A stretch of DNA of 62,089 nucleotides from Octopus bimaculoides (taxonomy: Eukaryota): assembly GCF_001194135.2 (NCBI RefSeq), contig NC_068984.1, positions 34,666,786-34,728,874 on the forward strand, read 5' to 3'. A program made the translations under genes and the position numbers. The notes below the pieces were generated by a model. It was given only the letters and a program-made list of their open reading frames with translations. It was not told the DNA's origin and ran no database searches. How positions within the stretch are numbered: the first letter of the stretch is position 1; every line of letters starts with the position of its first letter. Shown one piece after another: positions 12,560 to 25,500 of the stretch.

Positions 12560-13440
12560 CAGGAAATAAGAGCTAAATTGCTCTAATTCTGTAGTTAACT
12601 AACGTGAATGAAAACATATACACTAACATTGAACACGATCGTCCGAAAAGTATAAATCGAGAATTCTTAATACTAATTGCTAATTTCCTTCACCTCATCA
12701 CTTGAGACAGCCCCCCTTCGGTCCATTCCGCACGTGTTACAACAATTAGTATTTATGCTTTCGTCATCCTAATAATTGGATGATTTAGCGATACGCTTAT
12801 GTGGATATATAAAATTATGATAAATACAGGTTTGCAATGTTTCACTAAAAACGAGGATTACAAATGTCACTAAATGTAACTAAGGTTTTAGGGAACCATT
12901 ATGATACTAGAAATAAGAGCTAATGGGCTCTAATACTGAAGTTAAGGCACATGAATGAAACCATATATGTTAACAGGGACCATAATCGGTCGAAAAGTAC
13001 TGATCAATAATTTTTAGTGATATTTGTAATTCTTCTTTTCTGGTGAAACTTTGGAAACTGCTCTTTATATTAATTTTGTATACACACATTAGAGGATCGC
13101 TAAATCATCCAATTATTTGGATGACAAAAACATAAATACTAATGGCGAAGTGAATCCGAAAAGGGAAGAACCCAAGCTCCATTAGCTGATGAGGCAACGA
13201 AAATTGCCGAAACTAACGTGTCAGTATTAAAAATTCTCGATCGGTAATTTTCGGGTGATTATGGTCCCTGTTAGTGTATATGACTTCCTTCATGAGCGTT
13301 AACTACAGAATTAGAGCGATTTAGCCTTTATTTCAAGTAATGTAGCTCTTTCCAAACACCCTAGTCACATTTAGTGACATTTGTAATTCTCCATTTTGGA
13401 AAATATCATTGCAAACTGCTGTTTGTATTAATTATATATA
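12560..13440. mobile_element. Head-to-head tandem array of a ~350-bp hammerhead-bearing monomer (retrozyme or Penelope terminal-repeat-like)
   Basis: Direct repeats: aaataagagctaa at 12564 and 12911; atttgtaattct at 13022 and 13379. Inverted matches: 12563-12670 vs 13227-13345, 12745-12795 vs 13095-13143, 12800-12900 vs 13350-13440. (TA)n/(TG)n on both sides. Confidence 0.8.
13181..13230 (+). ncRNA. Type I hammerhead ribozyme with intact core; predicted cleavage after GUA at 13226
   Basis: TTAG-CTGATGA(13186-92)-GGCAA-cgaaaa-TTGCC-GAA-ACTaAC-gt-GTcAGT-A|TTAA. Stem II has 5 bp, stem III is near-palindromic with one mismatch, and stem I has 4 bp including one G.U pair. Confidence 0.75.
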
Positions 13441-13498
13441 TGTGTGTGTGTGCGCGCGCGCATGTGTGTGTGTCCAGGCGTGAGTATGTGTATTAATA

Positions 13499-14280
13499 TA
13501 CAGGGTGCGATTGATAAATTGTCACCGTGTTATATTTCTAATTTCACGCATGCAAATTGTTTGGTTTTGATTTTGTCGAATACACAGTATAGTGGGTCGA
13601 TTAGTCACCGTCTGCCATGAAAAAAGCAATTCATTCTGCCAGATATTTGGAAACGACTTGCTGTTCTACATGGCATTCGCGCCGAAAGCTCTAATACGAA
13701 CATTTTAGCTTGTATGGATGTCAATCTGAGGTTAGTGCAATCTGAGGACATGTACCGAGAGTGATAAAAAAATCAAACATCTAGTTAACATCATGGTTTG
13801 GAGAGATCACTTGTGATGGTGACGTTATACTTCCATTCATCTACACACATAGTCTCAGTCTCTACACGGAGGCCTACATCAAGTGCCTGGAGGAGGTAGT
13901 GCTACCCCAGGACAAGAGGGTGTCTGATGGAAGACCGTATGTCTTGTAACAGGACTCTTCACCATATCACACAAGCAGGAGAACCCATTTATGGCAGCCA
14001 GATAATTTCTGCGACCGCATCAGCACTAAAATTTGGCTAATTAATTCCCCAGACTGCAACCCTCCTGATTATTATGTGTGGGGAGCATAAATATCAGCTG
14101 AAGGTACGGATTATGGCAAGGAAACCGCCCAGAAGAGTGAGCAAGAGATTCCCAAATCGACTGGTGCCCGTGGTTGAAGCCAATGTCGATTTTATTGAAT
14201 AAATTTGCTTTTAAGTATTTCAAGTTATTTTGATGCAATTTTTATAAATATATCTGTTAAGATGAGGTGTCAGTGCTATT
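13499..14280 (+). mobile_element. Degenerate, internally deleted Tc1/mariner DD37D (maT-type) transposon
   Basis: TA then CAGGGTG terminus at 13499-13507. QDSSPYHTSRR...NSPDCNPPDYYVWGA has exactly 37 residues between D(13953) and D(14067). The C-terminus VVEANVDFIE* ends at about 14202. No right TIR is seen. Confidence 0.85.
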
Positions 14281-14281
14281 T

Positions 14282-15090
14282 TCAAGTAAGACATAAATGG
14301 TAATCTGTTGGTGCTAGGCAAGTGCTATATGGTGGATGCGACATCGCTTCCCAACCATGCTCCAATAATTTTTTGCGAGTTACCAAATACGTGTGTGGTC
14401 TGACGTTGTCATGATGGGACACGATTCCTTTACTATTTGCCAATCCTGGCCGTTTCCCTTTGATTGCTTCTTCCTGTTTCATTAGTTGTTGACTGTAAAA
14501 TCCAAATTAATCGTTTGGTGTCTTGGAAGCAACTCAAAATGCACAAAACCTTTGTAATCCCACCAAATTGAAAGCATGACATTTGTTTTTATGTAATTCA
14601 GCTTTCGATGTGGTTTGTGCTTGTTCATTGCGCTTAGACCATGATCGTTTTCAATTGATGTTATTGAAGATATTCCATTTTTTCTCACCACTGATGATTC
14701 ATTTCAAAATAAGGTCGATTACATTGCGTTTGAGATGCATATCGCAAATATTGATTCGACCAGACCTCTCAGAGAAAAATCTCCAGAACGGAAGTTTTAA
14801 AACCTTTTCTGACAATTGTTTTCTGTTAAGTAATAAACAACATAAACTTCACATCTCGCTTTGTGAGCCTTAGCAGCTTTCTTGCGTTTACGGAAATAGA
14901 AAAGCAAAATATGGAGAAAATTTTGGTTTTTGCACTCCATGTTAAAATTGACACTGAACTAACATCTGCAAGTCAAATTACGCACAATTTTCTTCTAAAA
15001 GTAACGGCTATAATACGTTGAGAGACGTCATTCAAAACATTTGTAACTTTATCTATTTTCGAAAAATAAAATTGTTTTTTGCCAACTAAT
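14282..15090 (-). mobile_element. Degenerate mariner (DD34D) transposon fragment
   Basis: VMLSIWWDYKGFVHFELLP, and HHDNVRPHT...HPPYSTCLAPTDYHL with 34 residues between the last two Asp. Frameshifted. A mariner-like terminus attagttggcaa lies near 15090. Confidence 0.9.
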
Positions 15091-16010
15091 GCCCTAAAGA
15101 GATTTATATATGTGGATAATGTATATAAGACTAAAGAAATTGTTGGCCTTTTTGGTTTTATAATTTTTTACGTTATCTTATATTATACTTATAGAATATT
15201 GTGTTATATTGTAATACAACTTTAAAATTTATTGTTTGTAATTTGTAATATTTCTGTGGTATTCAAATGACAAACCAGTGACGAACCAGTCTTACACAAC
15301 CCTTTGGAGGAATTTCTTTCCTTAGTTTATTTAATATATATATATGTGTGCGTGCGTGCGTGTGTGTGTTTTGTGTGTGTGTATATATATACACATATAT
15401 ATATGTATGCATGCATGTATAAATTTATATATGCGTATAGAGATATCTGAATATGTATACACACACATACATAAGCGTATCTTTTGTATATATATATATA
15501 TNNNNNNNNNNNNNNNNNNNNNNNNNNNNNNNNNNNNNNNNNNNNNNNNNNNNNNNNNNNNNNNNNNNNNNNNNNNNNNNNNNNNNNNNNNNNNNNNNNN
15601 NNNNNNNNNNNNNNNNNNNNNNNNNNNNNNNNNNNNNNNNNNNNNNNNNNNNNNNNNNNNNNNNNNNNNNNNNNNNNNNNNNNNNNNNNNNNNNNNNNNN
15701 NNNNNNNNNNNNNNNNNNNNNNNNNNNNNNNNNNNNNNNNNNNNNNNNNNNNNNNNNNNNNNNNNNNNNNNNNNNNNNNNNNNNNNNNNNNNNNNNNNNN
15801 NNNNNNNNNNNNNNNNNNNNNNNNNNNNNNNNNNNNNNNNNNNNNNNNNNNNNNNNNNNNNNNNNNNNNNNNNNNNNNNNNNNNNNNNNNNNNNNNNNNN
15901 NNNNNNNNNNNNNNNNNNNNNNNNNNNNNNNNNNNNNNNNNNNNNNNNNNNNNNNNNNNNNNNNNNNNNNNNNNNNNNNNNNNNNNNNNNNNNNNNNNNN
16001 NNNNNNNACA

Positions 16011-16046
<36 letters not shown>

Positions 16047-16669
16047 ATTTCGTTTCGGTATTTGGTTCGCAAGTTTTTTTTTATGTGAATTCAATTGTTG
16101 AAACATATTTTATTGTATTTGGAGAAATACATTCTGTTTTAATGTCTTATTAATTAACACACTCACCAGTTCGGTTTCCACTCATTTACATTTTTTAAAA
16201 AATTTTCGTTGCTTCTTGCAATCTCTGCAATAGTCGTTGCTATTGTTATTACACAAAGCATTTTTCCTTTTATAGCATTGACGCCCTGATTTTACACCCC
16301 TACAGTTTCACATTTATAAATTATGGTAGAGTCCTGATAGTGCTCTCTAACACACCCTATGTGATAGATTAGTTCCCTAGTTTTGCAGTTGATCTCTAGA
16401 TTGGTTTCGAACTCTATGTATTTCTACAGATGTTTTTCTTAATTGTGTATGACTTGCACAACATTAGCTCAACTGGTGTATCTTATTTTATATTACTTTG
16501 ATTTTAAGTTACGCTTCATGATGTGAATTTCTGAATTTATGGGTATGCTCACCTCAGTATGTAGCATCGATGACCGCCTCACATTTTCTTTTATCATTTC
16601 ATGAGTCTTCTCATTTGCAAGCAACAAGTTCTTAATGTGTTTATAAATTTCTTTATACATACATATATA

Positions 16670-16704
<35 letters not shown>

Positions 16705-17089
16705 NNNNNNNNNNNNNNNNNNNNNNNNNNNNNNNNNNNNNNNNNNNNNNNNNNNNNNNNNNNNNNNNNNNNNNNNNNNNNNNNNNNNNNNNNNNNNNNN
16801 NNNNNNNNNNNNNNNNNNNNNNNNNNNNNNNNNNNNNNNNNNNNNNNNNNNNNNNNNNNNNNNNNNNNNNNNNNNNNNNNNNNNNNNNNNNNNNNNNNNN
16901 NNNNNNNNNNNNNNNNNNNNNNNNNNNNNNNNNNNNNNNNNNNNNNNNNNNNNNNNNNNNNNNNNNNATATATATGCTACACAACGGTGGTATTATAATT
17001 TTGGTTTCTCCTTCCCTTGTGATATCTTGTGATTGCGTATTGCACTCAGATGTTTCGTTCCGTAAACCAACTCAGTATATTTGAATTTC

Positions 17090-17720
17090 CGTTCGTGTTT
17101 CAGGCTTTCTTTTTAATGCCACTTCTAAATCTATTGCTGTTTGAATCAAAGACTGGTTTTTCCGGAAAAAGCTTTTAAGTGCTTTGAAGTGTCGTACCAT
17201 GCATTCTTTTGCAGATACGAGTTGTTTAAGCTTTCGTTTTGCTTTCAAAATGTCTTGTTTTCCTTGATATTATGCATTTTCGGATTTTGGGCTTCATGTT
17301 GAATCTGTCTTTCCCACTGCTGTAATTAAGGATATATCATTATTGTTTTACTTGCTTTCTTTTTCGTATAGTACGATGGTAGTTGGTTCTTAGAGAACTA
17401 AGATCAAACACGGTTTCCCCTAAATATTACATCTCTTCTTCTCAATGGATCAAATAATTCACTTGTTTGTATTGGCGTAGCTCTTCCATGCGTAATATTT
17501 TCTACCTCACGTGATACGTTTGTTTAATTTTTTTTTTTTTTTTGTAGTTGAGGTGTTCAAATCGATGTATGCCGTTTAAATATTCTCTTTTCTAAATTAT
17601 TTCTGATGGATCCTCCTGACGTTTAGCTGTTTGATGTATGATGTCATTTTCGTTTCTTATTATTTGCTTTTTGTTAAGTTCCCTTACCTATTGCGTTTGA
17701 TCACCAATATGTACAAATTG
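17090..17720 (-). mobile_element. Possible highly degenerate Penelope-like endonuclease remnant
   Basis: Minus-strand fragments such as KDRFNMKPKIRKCIISRKTRHFESKTKA loosely resemble the region after the GIY-YIG motif in Penelope-like elements. Many stops; weak. Confidence 0.25.
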
Positions 17721-18315
17721 AAATAATCAATAAGTTTGAAATGAAACGAAAAATATACAAGTAATAAACTAAACCAATAGGCATAACTCAATAGAACTGA
17801 AACCATAACATCTCATCATGTTATACATAATCAAAAGTAGAGTACTTACAACTAATATCCTAAGCAAGAGACATGGTGATCATTAGTATTTTTCAAACAG
17901 AAGCTTCTCTGCATTTCACATGACTAAATACAAGAAGCATCTAATAAACTGACATACATCACTCAATGCATACTTAAGAAACCGGCAAGAAATTACGACA
18001 GCATTCACCTACGCGATATTTCCTCAATAAAATATCACACGATATACATTTGCATAATCAATAGCGCTTATTCTACACAATCATCGTTTGAAACTAAAGC
18101 TTAATATCAGTTCCATTGCATATATATATATATAAATGATAGCGCACACGATTGACACTACACATATTTCGCACAACAAACGAGACAATGAAAAATAGAA
18201 GAAACGATAAAAGTAAGTTCACAACAAATCAAATTTGAAGTAGACTGCATTTACAATCTTACATTCTCGACAATGATGCACACACAGATGAACGCAGATA
18301 TATATTTACTAATTT

Positions 18316-18905
<590 letters not shown>

Positions 18906-20975
18906 TGGCTGTTTATATTGTGAGTTCAAATACAGCTGGGATGAACATTACCTTTCATCTATGAAGACCGGCAAATAAGGTAACAGTCAAGTATTCCTGT
19001 TAATGTAGACACGAACCTTCCCGCACAAAAATTGATGTCCTTGTACCAACATTTCAAACGATTACTATTACAACGGTAATTGCTAAACATTAATCTAATA
19101 TATTAAAATCTCCATTGATGGTGAATACCACAATGAGTATGTGATGATGAGGATGCTGATGATGTGGAAGAGGTTGTGGTGGATGAAGAGCTTAATAATA
19201 ACTCTTATAACAACCTTATTTCATCAGTTTGATGCATAGGACTAACTCTTCCGTATGACAAGTACGCATTCGTCTCTCCTTCCGAAATAAGTTAATTAAT
19301 TAACAGCTTCATTATAATTTATCTGGTTGTTCTGATGAAAATTGTAAACTTCATCCTATAAAAACGATCACTGATACAAACATTGCAATTTAGATTCACC
19401 ATTGAATTATCGATAATTAATTATGCTTGACAACATAATTCATTTTGGAATACTAAGAAGCACTTTGCTGTTTTCGTGACAAATGCGTACAAAATGTTAA
19501 GTTGCAAAATATGCATTGGGATACTGAATATCATATCAGTATCTCAATGATGATGCGTTACCAAATTAAGTTAAATCCTTTTAAATCTTCTCGAATAACA
19601 TCATTTCCCCACAAAGAATCAGAATAATATGGTCTGTTAACGGAAATAATGTTATCCTGAACATAGTTATACATGTATTGTACAAATAATTATCTCTAAT
19701 GAATTTATATTCAGTTATGTTCCAGTACGTATCCTAGTATGGACGTGTGTATATTCACTTGTAAAATGGTTGGATAATACCTGATTCACCTATGAAACAC
19801 TTATGAAGTTAGGAATAGGTAGATGCTTATCAATACAATGTAAATTACATGCATTATCGCAAATTAATCAGAGGGTTTCTACATCTAAAATTAATCTCAG
19901 TTTCCAATTTTGATGGAAGAGAATGAAGTAAAAAAAAAAAACATATTTAATTATTCCAAGTTCCCTCTATAACGAAATGTACGCCTTCAATGAAAATTCA
20001 TTTTATCATCTAAAGGAATGGAGGCATATCTATAAAGTCGGAGACTTGGGTTCAGGAAATGGAATGTATTGAAAATAATTTTATGAATGCAATATTATTT
20101 TTCACTGCTAATTGAAGATTTAAAATAAAAAGTGAAGAAAAAACAGGGATTTTAAAATTATACATTTTTAGAATAATAAAACTATTATTACAAACTATGC
20201 TGAGCACAATATGCATTGAGAGATGCGTAATATATTTAGAGGGAATACCAGAAGCATGTAAGAAAATACAGACTGGATGAAAAATATAACAAAAGGATAT
20301 TTAAAAAAATAAGTCGAGATGTTTAAAAGGTTTATTTTGTGGAACAATCTTTACATTTTGAGGAAGATATTTCACTACAGGAAATCTTGAAATCGTTAAA
20401 AGAATTTCTTCATTTACAGATATGACAGTACTATCATATTTGAATTCTATTCATTAGACTCAATGTTTTCATAATTTGCTTTTCGAAGGAAACCTAGAAC
20501 TATTTCAGAATGCAAAAGAAAGAAATAGCGAAAAATGTTCTGCACTAAATTAAAGAATGCATTGTATTCAAAGTCGCCTTCATAACTTTTTGTTTAAGAT
20601 ATAATACACGAGATTTAGAGATAGAAACTTTGAGACAACTTGAAAAGAAATGAAAAGAAATTAAGAATAAAATCAATACGAAAAGGAAATGTTGAAAATT
20701 TGTGCTAGAACTAAATTTTGCTAGACGTTTTCATTTTACCGATTTAAATTCGCATATCATTATGTGTGTACATTAATCGAAACACCAACCATATTTCTAA
20801 TTTAGTTGAATCAACTATCTTTGGTATGATTTCTCATTAATCTTTCCACCGTCTTTGACAAAGGCTACTTCGTAAGTAACAGGATCGGGATTCACTTTTA
20901 TTTGTGTCAGGAAAAATCCATGTCTTTTCTCGTCTGATTTTGTGCGATGAATATAATTCTTCATGTCGACAATTT

Positions 20976-21016
<41 letters not shown>

Positions 21017-21017
<1 letters not shown>

Positions 21018-21366
21018 AGCTTGCTTCCCAACCACATATTTCGGGGTTTAGTCCCACAGCGTGGCAACTTGACAAAGTGTCCTCTACTATAGCCCTGGGC
21101 CAACCAACGCCTTGTGAGTGAATTTGGTACGCGGAAACGGAAAGAAGCTCGTCGTATATATATCTGTGCGTGTATATTTTTGTGCCTGTGTTTGTCCCCC
21201 ACCATCACTTGACAACCGATGTTGGTGTGTTCAGGTCCCCGTAATATTGTGGTTCGGCTAGAATAAGTGCTAGGCTTACAAAGAATATGTCCTGGGGTCG
21301 ATTTGTTAGACTTAATGCGGTACTCTAGCACGGCCGCAGTCAAATGACTGAAACAAGTAAAAGAAT
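21017..21366 (+). mobile_element. Octopus-type tRNA/CORE-like SINE
   Basis: agcttgcttcccaaccaca...ctactatagccc...gtcaaatgactgaaacaagtaaaaga. Confidence 0.9.
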
Positions 21367-21511
21367 ATTATCATTGAGATAACAGTGTATACTTTTCATT
21401 GGTATTGGCATCGTAATTCATTATAAGATATCATTCATGTTAGCGGTAAACTCGGCTCACATATATATGTGGGTGTGTGCACGTGTGTACGCACGTGTGT
21501 GCGCGTGCATA

Positions 21512-21559
<48 letters not shown>

Positions 21560-22157
21560 ACCGTTCTGTTTTTGTTAAAGTGGAAATGTGTTGGAACAAT
21601 GATGTCAAAGCAATAATTATAATAATATAAAATTGCACGCAAAATACCCTTAGCTAGAAAATTAAGTTCATCGCATTCTGATACATTTTCAAAGGAGGCT
21701 TTGAGCAAGTTACATAATGGCATTAGAAAGATCATCGCACTGTCATCAAATAACAGAAACCAAAAGCTTCAACTACACCAAATTAGCTAATGAATAACTT
21801 GAAAAATTTTTTGGAACACTTTCTCCGAGAGATTATAAGATCACTTGTTCTAGCATGTCATAAATTTATCTACAAAAATATACTTTCATCTCTTTCTAAT
21901 TGTGCAACGAAATAGCACCTGGAAATTCAGAAACGCCATTAATAAGAGTAGTATATTAAATACGCTGCTGCTGTTACACATAAATGTATCGTAGTCAACA
22001 CTGAAATCAAGACATGGATTGTCACACATTGGTACAAAGACATTATCATCAGGCTACAGAAACTCACTCAGATATCCACTTTCCTCTCGTTCTATCTTTT
22101 GTCTTGTCTGCAGCTGTATTTGCTATTGCTCTCTACTTACGTGCATTTATTCATCCC

Positions 22158-22310
22158 TCTCAGCACATGGCTATAATGCTTCCCCACTACTCCTTATCAT
22201 GATCAGAGATATAAATATTATAAGCCACTAAATGATATGCTGCAATGGTTAAGATCGAGCAACTGACAAGCAAATCTGTAATATTGAGCAGAATATTTGT
22301 TATAACTATA
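22158..22310. repeat. Dispersed repeat of unknown family (second copy about 57652-57795)
   Basis: ctcagcacatggctat..cccactac..tgatca.aga..gcaa.tgacaagcaa.tctg..gaatatt is shared with 57652-57795. Confidence 0.65.
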
Positions 22311-22517
22311 TTTCTGCTTCAGCACAGAATCTCTCTCAAGTGTAATGGAAAACATGTCAGTTCCATAACATCGATGTACAGGTCACAAAAAGAAAGTAAT
22401 AGCTTATGTTTTACCTGAATGAAAGCATGTATTTAAAAATCTTACGATTAGTATTAGCCATATGTCATTAAACACGCACACACAGAGACACAAAAACATA
22501 TAGACACACATACATAA

Positions 22518-22554
<37 letters not shown>

Positions 22555-25500
22555 CATATGTATTTGTAGCTACATTTATAATTAAAATTAAAATTAAGGT
22601 TAAGATAGGAGATATTGAAATGCAGTATTCAAACCTTGCTTCAGGTAAGTCCCAAACTGTGTGTCGGCAGAACATTTTCACTACTTATGGCTATCAGGTG
22701 TAATCCGTGATATCCCGCTCACTGGAACTAGGTAACGAAGGCGTAGGTGCGAATCGGTTCATGTTCTGATAATAATAGGGCCATAGGACAATTAATCAGC
22801 CATCATATCTAAAGACGGGAGTCGAACCCCACAAAATTCCACGCTTGATTTCCATAACTATCCATCAACGGTCTCCACAACTTTTAGGCCTTTCAAACCA
22901 ATACCATGAACACTTCAGCGTTACAGTATATTCTTTGTATGTTTTACCAGCCACTTCCTGTATACGGACCCTTAGTATCCTTACATCACCAATGTGTGTG
23001 AACAACTAGTAACACCCTATGATACTATGAGCATCTAGCTTCGAGTGAAATGCAAATCTTACGACTTTTGAAACCTATTACATCACCTGGTGATGCTCTT
23101 TTGCTCTGCGAGATGTGTATCTGATGTCATTACATCGTCCCCACCCACTAGGGACCAGTGCAGAAGGCAGCTGAAACGATTGTTGTGGTTAATAAAGTTT
23201 CTAGTTATACTCGGTCTTCTATATCAATCATGTAGAATATATATATATATATATATATATAAATGTTTTTGATAGAGACTTCGAGGTTTAGGCAGCTTGC
23301 AGTAATTTGTCTAAACCAACCCATTAGATTAATGTAAAATTGTTTTCTTTATCTATCATCATGACTGAATATAAAAACTAACACTAAAATATACCTACGC
23401 ACACACATATATATACACGCCCAGAAATATATATTTATGTATACATAAATATATGTATGTGTGTGTGTCCGTATGTGTTTGTGTGTGCGCGCGCATAAAT
23501 ATATACGCATGACACCTAACCACACACTGGACTAATATTTTTAATTGAGCTTCAATGGTGGGCATCTTTCTCTCACAATCTGAGACAGTTTGTAGACGTC
23601 GAAACTTTGAAGTAAATGCCAAGCAATTATTTTGTTAGAATAAAAAAGTTACAATTTACAGAACAATATTCTGTGGTTCCGTTGTGTTCATGTTTTCCTG
23701 TTGAATATATGTAATGCACATTACTGCATATATTTGTGTGTCTCTTTCTGTGAAACTCATGTGTTTTTTGTCGCTGCATTAATCTGATGAAAAGCTTTTA
23801 TAGCAATTATGCCTCTGGCCTTTTTGTAGTGAAGGATTTTTCCAAAAGATGATCGGTCTATTAATTGTAAAGCAGAAAGCGTTGAAAGATGTTTCCTCAA
23901 GCCTTTTCCCAAAGCATAAGCTTTGTTGCTGAAACATTGTTGAAATCCTATATATGCCATTTTTATATTTCATCTTAAAATTATAAGAATTTAATTTTTA
24001 TAAGTGACCAAATACTTCATTATTCTTCTTGAAGTACAAAACTACATACATCGCGTCCACTTTGATGAACTTGCTGCAACTAATAAGTCTTTTTACCTAT
24101 TTATGTTTGAATCAAAATCAATCAAAGCTGTTTTTCAGTTAACCGTGTTCAATGAATATCTGTTCTTATTTCTGTCGTTAGAAAAATACTATTCTTAATC
24201 GTTTAATGTTCATAATTCCTTAGTACAGTAACATGTGCTGGTTTGGTATGATTTAACTCTTTTGCTTTTCAATCAAAATTTCCTTAAAATTGATTATCAA
24301 ATTTTATTTCATGTTTTCTTCGGTGCTTTAACAATGGCTAACATGTCCTCCATTTCCTTATATAAATATGATAATTCTGCGCTTGTTGGTGGTTATTCGA
24401 CTTTACGTTTAGCTTTTGCTCTTGTTTCTTAGTCTGTTCTTACTTCGCATAAAACAAAATACTCGGGTACTACAATTGGCTTGAAATGAAATTTAACAAA
24501 ATGTGAAGTATTGTGACATTGATGATAATATCTATAAAATGTAAATTTGGAACATACCCAGTATTCATTTCGTAAATATGACTGATATATTCAATATTAT
24601 ATAAGCTATACCATTGCTTAGTAAAAAGCTATCTGAGTTATGAATTAGATACACATTCAATGGGATTTCATGCGAGATATATGTTCATGCAACTAACTCT
24701 GTAATGATATATACCTTAGACAGGCATAAGAATATGCGTCAGTCCACAAGTTCTCATATTTAAACATTGATATATATANNNNNNNNNNNNNNNNNNNNNN
24801 NNNNNNNNNNNNNNNNNNNNNNNNNNNNNNNNNNNNNNNNNNNNNNNNNNNNNNNNNNNNNNNNNNNNNNNNNNNNNNNNNNNNNNNNNNNNNNNNNNNN
24901 NNNNNNNNNNNNNNNNNNNNNNNNNNNNNNNNNNNNNNNNNNNNNNNNNNNNNNNNNNNNNNNNNNNNNNNNNNNNNNNNNNNNNNNNNNNNNNNNNNNN
25001 NNNNNNNNNNNNNNNNNNNNNNNNNNNNNNNNNNNNNNNNNNNNNNNNNNNNNNNNNNNNNNNNNNNNNNNNNNNNNNNNNNNNNNNNNNNNNNNNNNNN
25101 NNNNNNNNNNNNNNNNNNNNNNNNNNNNNNNNNNNNNNNNNNNNNNNNNNNNNNNNNNNNNNNNNNNNNNNNNNNNNNNNNNNNNNNNNNNNNNNNNNNN
25201 NNNNNNNNNNNNNNNNNNNNNNNNNNNNNNNNNNNNNNNNNNNNNNNNNNNNNNNNNNNNNNNNNNNNNNNNNNNNNNNNNNATATATACATACGAGAAA
25301 TCCGTTGGCGAGGCTCTTAACCTCGCATTATATTTATGCCTATGCATAAGACTTTTGCCAATATTTCTTTCCACTTATATAAGTGCACTATGTTTTAATC
25401 CTTTTTATATACACATACGTATATATGCCTTGTAACTGATTTTATGTTGCTTTAGTAGTGCCATACTAGGCGGGGAGATGTCATATTTGTCTCGTTATGT

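Noticed and set aside
22820-22850. B-box-like ggggttcgactccc on the minus strand, and a similar gtgttcgaattc near 51487
   Set aside because: No cloverleaf can be drawn. At most these are decayed SINE heads, not tRNA genes.
23640-24520. Possible LINE remnants (GLK*NLTKCEV near 24470; a similar SDH-like hint near 61420)
   Set aside because: The motifs are too short and degenerate to call.
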